A stretch of 64,000 nucleotides of DNA from positions 5,905 to 69,904 of the forward strand of contig CAYJMF010000001.1 of NCBI GenBank assembly GCA_964370855.1. Direction: 5' to 3'. The DNA comes from an uncultured Planctomycetota bacterium (GTDB lineage: Bacteria > Planctomycetota > JAJSAM01 > JAKLKS01). Under the pieces are notes generated by a model. That model did no database searches. It was not told the DNA's origin and saw only the letters and a program-made list of their open reading frames with translations. Made by a program: the position numbers and the translations under genes. Shown in pieces: positions 63,901 to 64,000 of this stretch; positions within the stretch are counted from its first letter, which is position 1; each line of letters begins with the position of its first letter.

Positions 63901-63975
63901 CCCGGGGACGGGGGCATTGTCCCTGGTGCGGAGGCTCCCGGCCAACCCGCAGGACCGCTGGAGGAGGACGACCAT
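60931..63975 (-). CDS. large protein composed of about 10 tandem CarboxypepD_reg-like beta-sandwich domains
   Basis: Repeated GxVxDxxGxPxxGAxV...DGxFRLxGLxxGxY modules throughout 1014 aa. Confidence 0.7.
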   Translation of the reverse strand: MVVLLQRSCGLAGSLRTRDNAPVPGVEVLLSPPWDARTAGFSHLSCMTDSRGLWRMEGLTPGLLEIRLRLPSGTVQEMGSVLLPGPERLDLVLEDGARMEGRVLDAATGAPLEGASVVAWVTAGGSPFRSTYPTALSNPDGTFVLRDLPAGSLCTVSAEKEGFLANAFSPPPSERPPLEDGVPYRLDLPLERGVVVRGRITDTAGTPLPGSSVTILLEGQDGDTSPRTEADTEGRYLLRTRGGKRALFFVGDDLHHHPDQPPWSAQALQKGLAPESLVVELPESGEVIRDFALPAGAVVEGRVVDRDGNPLAGAMLHAGPTGFQSGGVAEPTGLDGDYRLEGVRTGTGVTVTAFVPGPGGRWGKSDPFDLPEGGKATGITVVVVDHPGSSLAGRVTAPDGSAVGGARLWLLQGSPEGRPGMNFWESGKWHGGMTPVAADGSFRFEEVRSGTVTLLAEAPGFGPSRGPTLQLEPGEQREEVSVRLAPESRLEGRILDGEGVPVEGAEVVVAEETWGPTYLMAIRGVSGADGKFAVGGLADIEYQVIVSAPGLLPARLRARPGGQPLALVLESLGSIGGVALDGATGESVAGVPVRAAGQFGDRWSSGRALTRSDGTFTVTGLLDGPHEVTAGDQEGDGIFVPVQRSGVATGTRDLRLSLRRGLALAGRLVDEEGRPAALAMRLFARPVPPGQGRQGRSLPDGTFRLGGLEPGTYDILVDPDPYQGDSNQAGLYAPTRLEGVAAGTENLEVRLHRGLPIAGFLVDEAGGRWKGKGTLTIVPRGEGGDKATTVPVGMWGEFNTPALRTGRTYDIVAERGDFSGTAGARVEGVAPGATGVKVVLTVGRSIAGRVLLADGSAAPAGVVVRAWRTGEDPNAVSMAARAVTGSDGRFTLGGLEDREYIVAAGGEGGEFAAGAAESPVRPDQGEAGVRVAPGVVLEGRLLDGDGKPVKVQLLMARQSVPVPTLVQAWPGDDGKFRLGGLAEGRVRISVFLEGGERDLGEFGAPAAGVEVVVR

Positions 63976-64000
63976 GGGGTCGGGGGACCGGCCCCTTTCG

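Noticed and set aside
1-64000. CRISPR arrays
   Set aside because: No short spaced direct repeats of the CRISPR type were seen. The only structured repeats are the att-region hairpin, the IS inverted repeats, the 62-bp cis-element pair and the GGN microsatellite.

Overview
High-GC (~68-70%) bacterial chromosomal segment, almost entirely a mosaic mobile/defence island anchored at a tRNA-Gly(CCC) gene (2882-2957). A tyrosine integrase sits on each side of the tRNA: an xis-int pair at 1058-2811 (+) and an int at 3149-4394 (-). The roughly 55 kb downstream of the tRNA is cargo. It contains one IS1595-family insertion with intact 26-bp inverted repeats and an 8-bp target duplication that splits a gene. 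It carries several recognisable anti-phage modules: a three-gene TerB/ATPase/helicase operon matching the Shango architecture; an AAA-ATPase + S8 subtilase pair matching ietAS; a TM/coiled-coil DUF4041-T5orf172 protein with a GIY-YIG-like partner and an XRE regulator; an Abi_alpha operon; an HEPN (Rx4H) protein; a NERD protein; and a 1902-aa DUF4011/Upf1-like helicase with a REase-like DUF559 domain. The most unusual feature is a lower-GC nine-gene minus-strand operon (6055-14150). It encodes a tandem array of seven small genes (six clearly paralogous ~120-135-aa products plus one unrelated Gly-rich ~120-aa protein, all with strong SD sites), then a 1553-aa protein with a Gly/Pro-rich N-terminus, a ~600-aa Ala/Lys/Glu coiled-coil stalk and a C-terminal DUF2235/Tle1-like lipase domain (GWSRG ... 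IGLIDPVDS), then a small 3-TM putative immunity protein. No T6SS, T7SS or phage structural genes occur in the window, so the delivery route of this toxin-like protein is unexplained. I rank it as the best candidate for an undescribed system. Other candidates are a translationally coupled three-gene operon (15598-19538); a GT2 / radical-SAM(SPASM) / P-loop kinase cluster next to the NERD gene; and a Gly/Lys-rich low-complexity peptide gene. A ~62-bp cis-element is conserved upstream of both the Shango operon and an unrelated lipoprotein gene. Much of the six-frame ORF track is overlapping high-GC noise; I list only ORFs with motif, RBS or operon support.
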